Part shown: in pieces, positions 1-11,322 of the stretch
Layout of the letters: each line of letters opens with the position of its first letter
How positions within the stretch are numbered: the stretch's first letter is position 1
Assembly (NCBI GenBank): GCA_963705165.1
Contig: CAVPJD010000015.1
Coordinates: 1 to 36,711 of the forward strand
DNA from: an uncultured delta proteobacterium
GTDB lineage: Bacteria; Desulfobacterota; Syntrophia; Syntrophales; UBA2192
Direction of reading: 5' to 3'
Length of the DNA: 36,711 bases
Notes under the pieces: model-generated
The model's input: only the letters and a program-made list of their open reading frames with translations
Told to the model about the DNA's origin: nothing
The model's database searches: none
Made by a program: the position numbers and the translations under genes

Positions 1-365
1 CCGTAGCCCTTCTTCTTCATCTCGATGGCGCGGTCCACGGCGGTCTCGCGGATCGTGACGTTTGTGAAAACCAGCTCGTTATACTTGATCTTGGCGCGCT
101 CGCAGCGCTTCTTGAACTCGTCGCTGCGCATGGCCTTCATCACTTCGTCGGCATCGCTGAACTGGGGCGTCGTCACCGCGCTGCCCAGGTTGGTGGCCTC
201 GAGTTCCTTGCAGCCCGCCAGGATGCTCTCCTGTCCGTAGAAAATCTTTGCATTCGTGGAGATGAATTTCTCCTCGTGCTGGAATCCGTCACGAATCGTG
301 ATGTCGCCGATCATGACCTTCTTCGGCATTCTTGGGAAAATTTTAAAGAGATCATATTCCGCCAT
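1..365 (-). CDS. Hydroxymethylglutaryl-CoA lyase / DRE-TIM metallolyase (5' part only, runs off the window)
   Basis: Not in the ORF track. Read manually from ATG at 365 (RBS AGGAGGTAGGAG upstream): MAEYDLFKIFPRMPKKVMIGDITIRDGFQHEEKFIST..., containing the DRE-TIM motif D-x-T-x-R-D-G-x-Q. Lies downstream of the crotonase and MCC-beta genes. Confidence 0.8.
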   Translation of the reverse strand, partial: MAEYDLFKIFPRMPKKVMIGDITIRDGFQHEEKFISTNAKIFYGQESILAGCKELEATNLGSAVTTPQFSDADEVMKAMRSDEFKKRCERAKIKYNELVFTNVTIRETAVDRAIEMKKKGY

Positions 366-517
366 AAAACTCCTACCTCCTAAAAATTAAATCTGCAACA
401 CGATGTTGTTTTGCACACCCTAAGGGGCGGCTTTACCTCAAGGGAAAGCCGAACGACTCGGCGACTCCCGCGCTGCCTCGCGGCGGTACGGGCACGTCGG
501 GCCGATTACAGTCCGGG

Positions 518-1318
518 TTACTCTCCCGTAAAGTTCGGTTTGCGCTTCTCCGCGAAGGCTGCCAGGGCTTCAAGGCGGTCCTTCGTGGGGATCGTCACTT
601 CATAGGCCTTCGACTCGAGCGGCAGTGCCACACCGAGGCTCGCCTCGGAGCCGTAGTTGATGGCGAACTTCGCCTGCGCCACGCCGACGGGGCCGTTCTT
701 CGCGATCTCGCGGGCCAGTTCGAGGGCCGCATCCATCAGCTTGTCGGGCTCGACAACCTTGCTTACCAGGCCGATCTCGAGTGCCGTCTTGGCGTCGAAC
801 CGGCGGGCCGTGTAGATGAGCTCCTTCGCCTTGGCCACGCCCACCACGCGGGTCATGCGCTGCGTGCCGCCGGCGCCGGGGATGATGGCAAGGCTTGTCT
901 CGGTGAGGCCCATCAGGACGTTCGACGAGCAGATGCGGATGTCGCAGGCCAGCGCCAGTTCCGTGCCGCCGCCGAAGGCAAAGCCGTTGATCGCGGCGAT
1001 GACGGGGATGCGGACGTTCTCGACGGCCGTGAAAGTGTTCCGGATCGTGAAGATGAAGCGGCGGACCTGGTCCTGCGTCAACGAACGACGCTCTTTCAGG
1101 TCTGCACCTGTCGAAAAAGACCACTTCTTGGGGTCGTCGCCGGCCTTGGAGCCGGTGATGATGATGCAGCGGAGCCCCATATCGAAGTTGGCCTCGCGGA
1201 TGACGTCGGCCAGCACGGACAGCAGGTCGAAGTTGAAGCAGTTCATGGCATCCGGACGGTTCAGGGTCAAAATCAGGATGCCGTCATCGGTCTTTTGTTG
1301 AAGCAGAATGTCTGACAT
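518..1318 (-). CDS. Enoyl-CoA hydratase family protein (probable methylglutaconyl-CoA hydratase)
   Basis: Crotonase motifs FSTGADLKE, AAINGFAFGGGTELALACD and ETSLAIIPGAGGTQR, with both catalytic Glu present. RBS GGGAGG. Sits between MCC-beta and HMG-CoA lyase. Confidence 0.9.
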   Translation of the reverse strand: MSDILLQQKTDDGILILTLNRPDAMNCFNFDLLSVLADVIREANFDMGLRCIIITGSKAGDDPKKWSFSTGADLKERRSLTQDQVRRFIFTIRNTFTAVENVRIPVIAAINGFAFGGGTELALACDIRICSSNVLMGLTETSLAIIPGAGGTQRMTRVVGVAKAKELIYTARRFDAKTALEIGLVSKVVEPDKLMDAALELAREIAKNGPVGVAQAKFAINYGSEASLGVALPLESKAYEVTIPTKDRLEALAAFAEKRKPNFTGE

Positions 1319-1368
1319 AACTTCCTCCCTCTCTATCTCTTTCCCTTTTCCTCAGTTTGATGAACCGT

Positions 1369-1404
1369 GGAGAGGCCCCGGCCCGTCGGGCCGGGGCTTC
1401 CTCC
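1369..1404. terminator. Strong GC hairpin between the carboxyltransferase and crotonase genes (terminator or mRNA-stabilising stem)
   Basis: AGGCCCCGGCCC-GTC-GGGCCGGGGCTT, flanked by GGAG/CTCC. No U-tract on the minus strand. Confidence 0.4.
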
Positions 1405-1425
1405 GGACATGTCAGATTCACTGAA

Positions 1426-3096
1426 TTAAACCTTCAGGTCACCCCAATTGGTGTGGCCGACGGGCACGCGGTAACAGAGCTCGAGGGCTCTTGCCAGCTT
1501 GCCGCGGACCTCGCTGAAGGCGATGGCGCCGTCGTGGAACAGAAGCGACCCGGTGAGGAACGGGTGGCCTTCGGCGTCGTAGCGGTCTCTCATCATCTGG
1601 CGGAACTTGGCCATTTCATCCTCGTTGACCGGCAGTCCCTTGTCGATGATGTTCTTGCGGCGCACGGACTCGACGATGAAGCCCGCCGTGTCGCCGGACA
1701 TAACGGTCGTGCGGCCTCTCATGTTGGTGAAGCAGAAGACCGGCCGGAAGGCGCGGCCGCACATGCCGTAGTTGGCGGCGCCGTGGTCGGGGCCGATGAC
1801 GTACTGGATCTTGGGAACGTTGAGCACGGAGCAGGTGCGGACCATGTCGGAGCCGTACTTGCCGATGCCGCCCCACTCTTCGGACTTGCCGACCATGTAG
1901 CCGGGCGAGCCCTGGAGGAACAGGACCGGGAGGCCCTGGTTGCCGCAGCGGATCATCCACTCGGTGGCCTTGCGGGCCGCCTCGATGTAGATGACGCCGT
2001 TGGCATTCGATGCGATGAAGCCGACGGGCAGGCCGCCGAGCCACATCTTGCCGGCCACGATCGAATCGCCGCGGTTTTCACCGTAGGTGGGCTTGTACTC
2101 GTGGATGTAGCTGTCGTCGGCCAGGCACTTCAGGGTCTTGCGGATGTCGATGAACTGATAGGTGTTGGTGGGCGTGTCGCGCATCATCTCCGCGAAGTCG
2201 AACTGGGGCGCGACGGCCTTGCGGCGGTCGACAAAGAGCTTCTGGGGCGGTTCGAAGTCGATGATGTCGCGAAGCTTCTTGATCCCCTCGGCCTGGCTCT
2301 TCACGATGTGATCGCAGCCGCCGGAGTGCTTCGTGTGGACGTAGGCGCCGCCGAGATCCTCGGGGGAGACCGTCTCGCCGATGGCCGACTTCACCATGGG
2401 GGGGCCCGCCAGGAAGGCGTAGGCCATCTTCTCGATCATGACGGACTCGGAGGCCAGGTAGACGATGTAGGCGCCGCCCGCCGTGTTGCCGCCCGTGGAA
2501 AGCGTATACTGGCGGATGCCGTCGGCGGACATGCGGCACATGTTGTAGAACATGCTGCCGAAGTGGCCGTCGTCGGCGAAGCAGCCCAGCTGCAGGGGCA
2601 GGTTGATTCCGCCGGAATCGGCGATGTAGACGCAGGGCAGTCTCAGGCGCTCTGCAATCGCCTGGGCCCTGATGTGCTTCTTCAGGGTGATGGGGAAATA
2701 GGTTCCCGCGGCGTAGCGGTTCTCGTTGGCGAAGACCATGCAGTCTTTGCCCTGGATCGTTCCGACGCCGGTCACGAGGCCGCCGCCGGGGATGTGGCCG
2801 CGCTTCTCGGATTCGTAGATATCGCCGCCGTAGAGCTTTACTTTACCGATGTTGTAGCCCGCATCGAGACCGACCTCGAAGAACTCCGTGCCGGGGTCGA
2901 TGAGCTCCGTGACCAGGTCGCGCATGGGCTTCTTGCCCTGCTTTGCCAGGCGGGCAACCTGATCTGCCCCTCCGAGGTTGTAGGCCTCTTCGCGGTGCTT
3001 CATCAGTTCGGCATCCTGAGCTGTCCAGTGCTTCAGGTTTGAATCTCTTTCCGCGGCAAGCCTCTCGGCCCTTGTCAATTTCTTCTCTTCTGCCAT
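1426..3096 (-). CDS. Acyl-CoA carboxylase carboxyltransferase subunit (methylcrotonyl-CoA carboxylase beta type)
   Basis: GTYFPITLKKHIRAQ..LPCVYIADSGG, GGAY, LGGAYVH and GAANYGMCGRAF are MccB/LiuB-type motifs. Start moved to ATG 3096 (MAEEKK) because of the RBS GAGGAGGAG. Confidence 0.88.
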   Translation of the reverse strand: MAEEKKLTRAERLAAERDSNLKHWTAQDAELMKHREEAYNLGGADQVARLAKQGKKPMRDLVTELIDPGTEFFEVGLDAGYNIGKVKLYGGDIYESEKRGHIPGGGLVTGVGTIQGKDCMVFANENRYAAGTYFPITLKKHIRAQAIAERLRLPCVYIADSGGINLPLQLGCFADDGHFGSMFYNMCRMSADGIRQYTLSTGGNTAGGAYIVYLASESVMIEKMAYAFLAGPPMVKSAIGETVSPEDLGGAYVHTKHSGGCDHIVKSQAEGIKKLRDIIDFEPPQKLFVDRRKAVAPQFDFAEMMRDTPTNTYQFIDIRKTLKCLADDSYIHEYKPTYGENRGDSIVAGKMWLGGLPVGFIASNANGVIYIEAARKATEWMIRCGNQGLPVLFLQGSPGYMVGKSEEWGGIGKYGSDMVRTCSVLNVPKIQYVIGPDHGAANYGMCGRAFRPVFCFTNMRGRTTVMSGDTAGFIVESVRRKNIIDKGLPVNEDEMAKFRQMMRDRYDAEGHPFLTGSLLFHDGAIAFSEVRGKLARALELCYRVPVGHTNWGDLKV

Positions 3097-3375
3097 AATA
3101 CTCCTCCTCTCTCCTTGAATAGAACGACAGGCATCAAAAGCCTGTTGTTGGCAAATGCTGTAAAAGAACGGGCACTTGGGTGATTCCCGGAGTGGCTCCC
3201 GGAACAGTTCTGCGGGCTGATCGGGATGTTTTTTGAAACCGCGAATGCATATCACTCAAAGTCGCAAAAATCAAGTGAAATCGAATAGGCAACGGGGTTT
3301 TTTCGGCAGGGCCACTGTTCGATTTTTGACAGGGTTTGCCGGTTGTGATAATCAGATCGAAATCCTTGGGTGGTT

Positions 3376-4197
3376 ATGCCGGAAAAAGAACATCAAGAAG
3401 CCACAGACCGGTTCGGAAAGCTCCTGACCCTCATCGAGAGGCTCCGGGACCCCGACGGCGGGTGCCCCTGGGACATCCGCCAGACGAAGGAGGATGTGGG
3501 CCGCTACCTCCTGGACGAGACCTACGAGGTCCTCGATGCCGTCGGCAAGGATTCGCCTGCAGCACTGCGGGAAGAACTGGGCGATCTTCTCTTCATGATC
3601 CTGTTTCTTGCCCGGATCGCCGAGGAGGAAAACCTCTTTGGAATCAATGGTGTTCTCGATGACATCTCGGCCAAGATGATCCGTCGCCACCCCCACGTAT
3701 TCGGCGACGCTAAGGTAAAAGACGCCGCCGAGGTGAAGCGCAACTGGGACCAGATCAAGCGGGACGTGGAGAAGCGGGGCGAGGGCGAGCCTTCGATCCT
3801 GGCGCGGGTCCCCCGGACGATGCCGGCGCTCATGCAGGCCCAGAAGTTGACCGGGGAAGCTGCAAAGGTCGGCTTCGACTGGGACTCGGCGCAGAGCGTC
3901 ATGGCAAAAGTCGAGGAGGAATTGAGAGAATTCCGGGAGGCGCTCGCAAAAGGTGACCCCGACCGGGTCCGCGACGAGATCGGCGATGTCCTCTTCTCAA
4001 TCGTCAACCTCAGCCGGCATTTGAAAATTAATTCCGAGGAGGCGCTGCGGTCAACAAACCGCAAATTCGAGGAGCGTTTCCTTTATATAGAGGAGAGGCT
4101 GCGCGAGCGGGGCAAGGACCCGGCGTCATCGACTTTGGAAGAGATGGATGCGCTGTGGGAAGAAGCGAAAAGAAAGAAGAGGGACGTTGTTGACTAA
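3376..4197 (+). CDS. mazG: Nucleoside triphosphate pyrophosphohydrolase MazG
   Basis: LRDPDGGCPWD, ETYEVLDA, EELGDLL, KMIRRHPHVFG, GFDW and DEIGDVLF (tandem MazG domains). Confidence 0.95.
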   Translation: MPEKEHQEATDRFGKLLTLIERLRDPDGGCPWDIRQTKEDVGRYLLDETYEVLDAVGKDSPAALREELGDLLFMILFLARIAEEENLFGINGVLDDISAKMIRRHPHVFGDAKVKDAAEVKRNWDQIKRDVEKRGEGEPSILARVPRTMPALMQAQKLTGEAAKVGFDWDSAQSVMAKVEEELREFREALAKGDPDRVRDEIGDVLFSIVNLSRHLKINSEEALRSTNRKFEERFLYIEERLRERGKDPASSTLEEMDALWEEAKRKKRDVVD

Positions 4198-4272
4198 GTG
4201 GACTAACTCAGTTCCGAGCTACAACGAGCCTCTACGGGGATCGAGTTAGTCTACTTAGTCAACAACGTCCCT
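4180..4272. repeat. 30-bp inverted repeat spanning the mazG stop codon
   Basis: AGGGACGTTGTTGACTAAGTGGACTAACTC (4180-4209) against GAGTTAGTCTACTTAGTCAACAACGTCCCT (4243-4272), one mismatch. Confidence 0.9.
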
Positions 4273-4319
4273 GGTTTGGAGTTGAGAAGGTAAGATAAAG
4301 ACGGGAAACAAGAAAGACC

Positions 4320-4523
4320 ATGGAAAATGTCAATTTCAAATTCTTCCTCTGTGTCATCGGCATGGTTCTCGTCCTGGAGGGGCTTCCCTATTTCGCCTTC
4401 CCGGAAAAGATCAAGTCCCTCTACCTGAAGATCCAGGAGGCTTCCGATGCGAACCTGAGGATGCTCGGATTCCTGGCCATGGTCATCGGGCTGCTGCTCG
4501 TCTACTTCGGACACGCAGCTTAG
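4320..4523 (+). CDS. DUF2065 family small membrane protein
   Basis: IGMVLVLEGLPYFAFPEK...LRMLGFLAMVIGLLLVY pattern. Two hydrophobic segments. Confidence 0.85.
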   Translation: MENVNFKFFLCVIGMVLVLEGLPYFAFPEKIKSLYLKIQEASDANLRMLGFLAMVIGLLLVYFGHAA

Positions 4524-4607
4524 AATGCAACCCGGCGCAACGGCAAACCCCGTATAATTCATCTTGACTTATCCTTCGTTTACGGTTATTTGCACCGACC
4601 TGGGTTC

Positions 4608-4831
4608 TGGAATACTGGAGTAAATGGAATGGTGGAATAATGGGATTCCGGTGGTCGGAAAAAAAAAAGTCTTTTCTTACCCAAGTGCCAGAACATTCCG
4701 ACTACTCCATTTTTTCCGAGCCAAAGGTGATGCAGACTGCGAATAGTAGAATAATGGGTGGCAGTCTTCGACCCGGTCGGAGGATTAATTTTCCCTGAAT
4801 AACCCAGTATTCCACCATTCCATTATTCCAG
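4608..4831. repeat. Imperfect 8-nt tandem repeats (TGGAATRN) in inverted arrangement upstream of queA
   Basis: CTGGAATACTGGAGTAAATGGAATGGTGGAATAATGGG (4608-4645) is complementary to CCCAGTATTCCACCATTCCATTATTCCAG (4803-4831). Further partial copies near 4690-4710 and 4741-4758. Confidence 0.75.
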
Positions 4832-4840
4832 CTTTTTTAT

Positions 4841-5875
4841 ATGAAACTAACCGACTTTGACTACACGCTCCCCCAGGAGCTTATCGCCCAGTCGCCTGCC
4901 CCGGACCGGGACCGCTCGCGGATGATGGTCGTGGAGAAGCGAAGCGGCTCTCTGAGGAACCATGTCTTTCAGGAGTTCCCGGGATTTCTGCGAAAAGGAG
5001 ACGTTCTCGTCATCAACGACTCGAAGGTGATCCCGGCGAGGCTTTTCGCCCGCAAGACAACGGGGGCCGCCGTGGAGATCCTCCTGCTTCGCAGCCGCGA
5101 AGGGACCTCGTCGCCCCGGTGGGAGGCACTGCTCAGGCCGGCAAAGCGCATCAAGGCGGGATCGACACTGGGCTTTGACGGGGGGGCAAGCGTCCGGGTC
5201 CTGGAGAGGATCGACGAGCGCAAATGGGTCGTCGAGTTCAAGACCGACGAGCCCTTCGAGACCTTCCTGCGGCGCCAGGGGCAGGCCCCGCTGCCGCCAT
5301 ACATCCGTCGTGAAAAGACAGGCGGGCCCTCCCCCGATGATCTCGATCGGTACCAGACCGTCTACGCCAGGCACCCGGGGTCCGTCGCGGCGCCCACGGC
5401 CGGGCTGCACTTCACGGAAGCTGTCCTCGATGAGATCCGGGGCAGCGGCATCCCCGTGGCAATGGTTACCCTCCACGTGGGCTACGGAACATTTACCCCG
5501 GTGGAGGCCGAGCAGATCGAGGATCACAGGATGGACGAAGAATACTTCGAGATCGGCGACGAGACGGCGGAGAGAATCAACTCCGCCGAACGGGTCGTCG
5601 CCGTGGGGACCACCTCCACCCGGGTCCTCGAGTCCATCGCCGACGAACGGGGGCACATCCGTGCGGCCTCGGGTTCTACGGGGCTCTACATCTACCCCGG
5701 CTACCGGTTCAGGCGCGCAGGGGCGCTGCTCACGAACTTTCACCTCCCGAAGTCGTCCCTTTTCCTGCTCACATGCGCCTTCGCCGGCAGGGAGCTGATG
5801 TTTGCGGCCTATCAAAAGGCCATCGACGAGCGATACCGGTTTTACAGCTACGGGGATTGTATGCTGATCGTCTAG
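4841..5875 (+). CDS. queA: S-adenosylmethionine:tRNA ribosyltransferase-isomerase
   Basis: FDYTLPQELIAQ, RYQTVYA, GSVAAPTAGLHFT, TLHVGYGTF, VGTTSTRVLES, TNFHLPKSSL and YRFYSYGDCM. Confidence 0.97.
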   Translation: MKLTDFDYTLPQELIAQSPAPDRDRSRMMVVEKRSGSLRNHVFQEFPGFLRKGDVLVINDSKVIPARLFARKTTGAAVEILLLRSREGTSSPRWEALLRPAKRIKAGSTLGFDGGASVRVLERIDERKWVVEFKTDEPFETFLRRQGQAPLPPYIRREKTGGPSPDDLDRYQTVYARHPGSVAAPTAGLHFTEAVLDEIRGSGIPVAMVTLHVGYGTFTPVEAEQIEDHRMDEEYFEIGDETAERINSAERVVAVGTTSTRVLESIADERGHIRAASGSTGLYIYPGYRFRRAGALLTNFHLPKSSLFLLTCAFAGRELMFAAYQKAIDERYRFYSYGDCMLIV

Positions 5876-5954
5876 CGCAGAGCGCTGCGACGATCGGGCG
5901 TAAGGCATAGGGCTAAAGGGCCTGCAGAATCCCTTTCTCGCCATTAGCCATTAG

Positions 5955-7486
<1,532 letters not shown>

Positions 7487-7523
7487 AGGTATCAGAAGGG
7501 TATCCGTTTGAAAGGGGATTTTC

Positions 7524-9128
7524 ATGTTCCAGAGCCTTAAATTGAGGACGCTCATTGCGGCGGTGGTTACCATCGCTTCGATTTACTTTCTGTTGCCGTC
7601 GGTCATGCCGGAGATGCCGGCCTCGGTAAAAAACATCTTCCTGAAGAACCGCATCCACCTCGGGCTCGATCTGCAGGGCGGCATGCACCTGGTCCTCGAG
7701 GTGGACACGGAAAAGGCCATGGAAGGAACCGTGGAGCGGCTCGCCAACGCCCTCAGGGAAGGGCTCATGGAGAAGCGGGTCCGCTTCCGCAGCGTGGAGC
7801 GCAAGGCCGACAACAGCATCTCCATTGAGCTGCCGTCCAGGGAATCCCGGGCCGATCTCGAAAAGATCCTCACCGATCAGTTCCCGGACCTGGAGATCAA
7901 GTCCACCGAGGCCGTCGAGGGGCGCGAGAAGGTGACCCTGAAGTTCCGGGAGAAGCGGATCGTCGACATCAAGAAGACGACCCTCGACCAGAGCCTCGAA
8001 ACGATCCGCAACCGCGTGGACCAGTTCGGCGTGACGGAGCCCGAGATCGTCCCCCAGGGCGACGACCGCATCCTGATCCAGCTGCCGGGGATCAAGGACC
8101 CGAAACGGGCCGTCGATCTCATCGGCAGGACAGCCCTGCTGGAGTTCAAGCTCGTCGACGAGGAGCACAACCTCGAGGATGCGCTCCGGGGCAACGTCCC
8201 GGCAGGGAGCATCCTGATGAAGGGCTCCCGCGAGAAAGGCGAGGGCACCGGCACCCGTAGGGATTCCATGTACCTCCTGAAGGAGCGCACCCTGCTGACG
8301 GGCCAGTCGCTGGAGAACGCCCAGGTGAAGATCAGCGACCGCTTCGGCGAGCCCTACGTGGCCATCAAGTTCAACCCCCAGGGGGCGAAGGACTTCGACC
8401 GGATCACCGGCGAGAACGTGAACAAGAGGCTCGCCATCATCCTCGACGGCGTCGTCTACTCGGCGCCCGTCATCAAGGAGCGGATCTCCGGCGGCGATGC
8501 CCAGGTCACGGGTGCCTTCGGCATGGAAGAGGCGCGGGACCTGGCCATCGTGCTGCGGGCAGGCTCGCTTCCTGCGCCGGTCAAGATCCTCGAGCAGCGC
8601 TCCGTGGGCCCGTCGCTGGGCCAGGATTCCATCGACAAGGGCATTCTGTCGACGATCATCGGCTTCCTGCTCGTTTTCGTCTTCATCGTGATCTACTACA
8701 GGTGGTCGGGCGTCGTGGCCTGCATCGCCCTGATGCTGAATCTCATTCTGCTGCTCGGGGCCATGGCCCTCTTCGACGCCACGCTCACGATGCCGGGCAT
8801 CGCCGGCATCGTGCTCACCGTCGGCATGGCCGTGGATGCCAACGTGCTCATCTTCGAGCGCACCCGCGAGGAGCTGCGGACGGGCAAGACGCCGCGGGCG
8901 GCCATCGACGCGGGCTACACGAAGGCCTTCCTGACCATCTTCGACTCGAACGTGACGACGCTCATCGCGGCGGTATTTCTCTTCCAGTTCGGGTCGGGGC
9001 CGGTGAAGGGGTTCGCCGTGACGCTGACCCTCGGCATCATCGCCAGCATGTTCACGGCCATCTTCGTCACCCGGATCATCTTCGACTACTTCACCTGGAC
9101 CCGGAAGATCGAGAAACTGAGCATCTGA
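7524..9128 (+). CDS. secD: Protein translocase subunit SecD
   Basis: LGLDLQGG, IRNRVDQFGVTEP, LRAGSLPAP, VGPSLG and GMAVDANVLIFER. Confidence 0.97.
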   Translation: MFQSLKLRTLIAAVVTIASIYFLLPSVMPEMPASVKNIFLKNRIHLGLDLQGGMHLVLEVDTEKAMEGTVERLANALREGLMEKRVRFRSVERKADNSISIELPSRESRADLEKILTDQFPDLEIKSTEAVEGREKVTLKFREKRIVDIKKTTLDQSLETIRNRVDQFGVTEPEIVPQGDDRILIQLPGIKDPKRAVDLIGRTALLEFKLVDEEHNLEDALRGNVPAGSILMKGSREKGEGTGTRRDSMYLLKERTLLTGQSLENAQVKISDRFGEPYVAIKFNPQGAKDFDRITGENVNKRLAIILDGVVYSAPVIKERISGGDAQVTGAFGMEEARDLAIVLRAGSLPAPVKILEQRSVGPSLGQDSIDKGILSTIIGFLLVFVFIVIYYRWSGVVACIALMLNLILLLGAMALFDATLTMPGIAGIVLTVGMAVDANVLIFERTREELRTGKTPRAAIDAGYTKAFLTIFDSNVTTLIAAVFLFQFGSGPVKGFAVTLTLGIIASMFTAIFVTRIIFDYFTWTRKIEKLSI

Positions 9129-9178
9129 TTTCCGGGCAGAAAGAGAAAACTCGCCTCTGGCGCACACGGGGAACCACA

Positions 9179-10099
9179 ATGTTTGAAATGATACGGCCGG
9201 ACACCAATTTCGATTTCGTAAGCAAGATGAAGGCGGCGGTCATCGCCTCCGCCGTTTTCATCCTGATCGGGATCGCATCCATCGTCTACCACGGCGGCCT
9301 CAACCTCGGCGTCGACTTCGCCGGCGGGGCCGTCGTGCAGGTCAAGTTTCAGAAAGAGGCCTCCACGGACGGTCTCCGCTCGGCCCTGGACGGCGTGCAG
9401 CTTGAAAACAGCGTCATCCAGCAGTTCGGCGCCGCCGAGAACCGGGAGTTCCTGATCCGGACCTCGGAGACCGCGGCGGACCTCAAGCTCCTGACCGACC
9501 GGATCGACAGCGCCCTGACGAAGGCCTTCGGCCAGGGGGCCTACGAAATCCGACGGGTCGAGGCCGTGGGCCCGAAGGTCGGCAAGGATCTGACCCAGAA
9601 GGCGATCCTCGCCCTGGCGCTGGCCTGGGTCGCCATGCTGATCTACATCGGGTTCCGTTTCGAGTTCCGTTACGCCGTGGGCGGAATCCTGGCCCTGGTA
9701 CACGACGTGCTCGTCACGGTGGGGGTGCTCTCTCTGCTGAACATGGAGTTCACCCTGAACACGGTGGCGGCGCTGCTCACCATCATCGGTTTCTCCATCA
9801 ACGACACGATCGTCATCTACGACCGCATCCGCGAAAACGTGCGCAAAAAAATCCGGGCGGATCTGAGGCAGATCGTGAACGTGAGCGTCAACGAAACCCT
9901 GAGCCGGACGATCCTCACCTCGCTCACCGTGTTCCTGGTGCTCGTGGTGCTGCTCGTGCTGGGCGGGCCCGTGATCTTCGATTTTGCCTTCGCCATGTTT
10001 GTCGGCGTGATCGCCGGGAGCTATTCCACCGTCTTCATCGCCAGCCCCTTCGTGCTGTTCATGGAGCGGTTCATGCCGTCAAAGCGCAAGAGGAAGTAG
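9179..10099 (+). CDS. secF: Protein translocase subunit SecF
   Basis: GVDFAGG, VGPKVGKDL, HDV, GFSINDTIVIYDRIRE and ETLSRTILTS. Real start is ATG 9179 (MFEMIRP), not 8702. Confidence 0.95.
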   Translation: MFEMIRPDTNFDFVSKMKAAVIASAVFILIGIASIVYHGGLNLGVDFAGGAVVQVKFQKEASTDGLRSALDGVQLENSVIQQFGAAENREFLIRTSETAADLKLLTDRIDSALTKAFGQGAYEIRRVEAVGPKVGKDLTQKAILALALAWVAMLIYIGFRFEFRYAVGGILALVHDVLVTVGVLSLLNMEFTLNTVAALLTIIGFSINDTIVIYDRIRENVRKKIRADLRQIVNVSVNETLSRTILTSLTVFLVLVVLLVLGGPVIFDFAFAMFVGVIAGSYSTVFIASPFVLFMERFMPSKRKRK

Positions 10100-10103
10100 T
10101 GCC

Positions 10104-10616
10104 GTGACACCGCTGGAATATGCCGGGCTGACGGTTTTCATCCTGGTTCTGCTCATCGGGTTCTTCTCGATCCTGATGGGGCTTCCGGGGACGCTCGTCA
10201 TCCTCTTCAATGTCCTCGTTTACGCGCTGGTGACGGGCTTTGACAAGATCGGCTTCAAGATCCTGATTGTGCTTATCGTGATCTCGGCCATCGCCGAATC
10301 CCTCGAGTTCCTGCTGGGGATCACCTGGGCAAAGCGTTACGGAACCTCGAAGCGAGGCATTGCGGCCTCGCTCATCGGCGGGGTCATCGGGGCCCTTCTC
10401 CTGACCCCCGTTTTTCTGGGTCTCGGGGCCCTCATCGGGTCCTTCCTCGGGGCGCTCCTGGGAGCCTTCGTTGTCGAGATCCTCAACCAGAGGGACTTCA
10501 AGCCGGCGGCACGGGCCGGCTTCGGCGCGCTGATGGGCCGCCTGACCGGCCTTTTCGCCAAGGGCCTGTGCGGCCTTGCCATGGTGATCATCTCGCTCAT
10601 GGCCATCTACTCCTGA
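10104..10616 (+). CDS. DUF456 family membrane protein
   Basis: GLPGT, AKRYGTSKRG and glycine-rich TM helices GALIGSFLGALLGAFVVE. Confidence 0.8.
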   Translation: MTPLEYAGLTVFILVLLIGFFSILMGLPGTLVILFNVLVYALVTGFDKIGFKILIVLIVISAIAESLEFLLGITWAKRYGTSKRGIAASLIGGVIGALLLTPVFLGLGALIGSFLGALLGAFVVEILNQRDFKPAARAGFGALMGRLTGLFAKGLCGLAMVIISLMAIYS

Positions 10617-10632
10617 GAAAGACGAACGACAC

Positions 10633-11250
10633 ATGACCTCGAATCCGAAAACCGCAAAAATCAGGGAGTACGCAGAGGCGATCATCATCGCCATCCTGAT
10701 CGCCGCCTTCATCCGCACCTTCGTCGTCCAGGCCTTCAAGATCCCCTCGGGGTCCATGAAGCCGACCCTGGAGATCGGCGATCACATCCTGGTGAACAAG
10801 TTCAGCTACGGCGTCAAGCTCCCCTACCTGCGCAACACGATCATCCCCTTCGGCCAGCCCCAGCGGGGCGACATCGCCGTCTTCATCTACCCCGAGGACA
10901 AGACGAAGGACTTCATCAAGCGAGTCATTGCCGTTGGGGGTGACACGGTCGAGATCCGGAACAAGAAGGTTTTCATCAACGACGCGCCCTTGAACGATCC
11001 CTACGGGGTCCACGTGGAGGACGTCATCTACCCGAAGGCGATCCAGCGCAGGGACAACCTGGGGCCCATCAAGGTCCCCGAGGGGACCCTTTTCGTCATG
11101 GGCGACAACCGCGACCAGAGCTACGACAGCCGTTTCTGGGGCTTCGTCAAGATCGAGGACGTCATCGGGAAGGCCTTCATCATCTACTTCTCCTGGGACA
11201 GCGACGACAGCGGCGTGCGCTGGAACCGCATCGGGAAAATGCTGAAATGA
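10633..11250 (+). CDS. lepB: Signal peptidase I
   Basis: IPSGSMKPTL (catalytic Ser), FIKRVI (catalytic Lys) and GDNRDQSYDSRFWG. Confidence 0.96.
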   Translation: MTSNPKTAKIREYAEAIIIAILIAAFIRTFVVQAFKIPSGSMKPTLEIGDHILVNKFSYGVKLPYLRNTIIPFGQPQRGDIAVFIYPEDKTKDFIKRVIAVGGDTVEIRNKKVFINDAPLNDPYGVHVEDVIYPKAIQRRDNLGPIKVPEGTLFVMGDNRDQSYDSRFWGFVKIEDVIGKAFIIYFSWDSDDSGVRWNRIGKMLK

Positions 11251-11322
11251 ACGGCTCAGTCGTCCTTGTATTCCTTGTTCTTTCGTTTGATTTCGTATCT
11301 TATTTCGGTTTGTTGCCGATTC

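Noticed and set aside
1357..3042. 561-aa plus-strand ORF
   Set aside because: Antisense shadow of the carboxyltransferase gene, expected from high GC3 codon bias. No family motifs.
4590..4680. Possible preQ1 riboswitch upstream of queA (stem plus A-rich tail)
   Set aside because: The CCGACC/GGTCGG stem encloses about 50 nt of 8-nt repeats and lacks the compact preQ1-I loop consensus.
8702..9178. Apparent long N-terminal extension of SecF, or a SecD-SecF frameshift fusion
   Set aside because: It is an off-frame reading of the secD 3' end. SecD ends normally and SecF has its own start at 9179.
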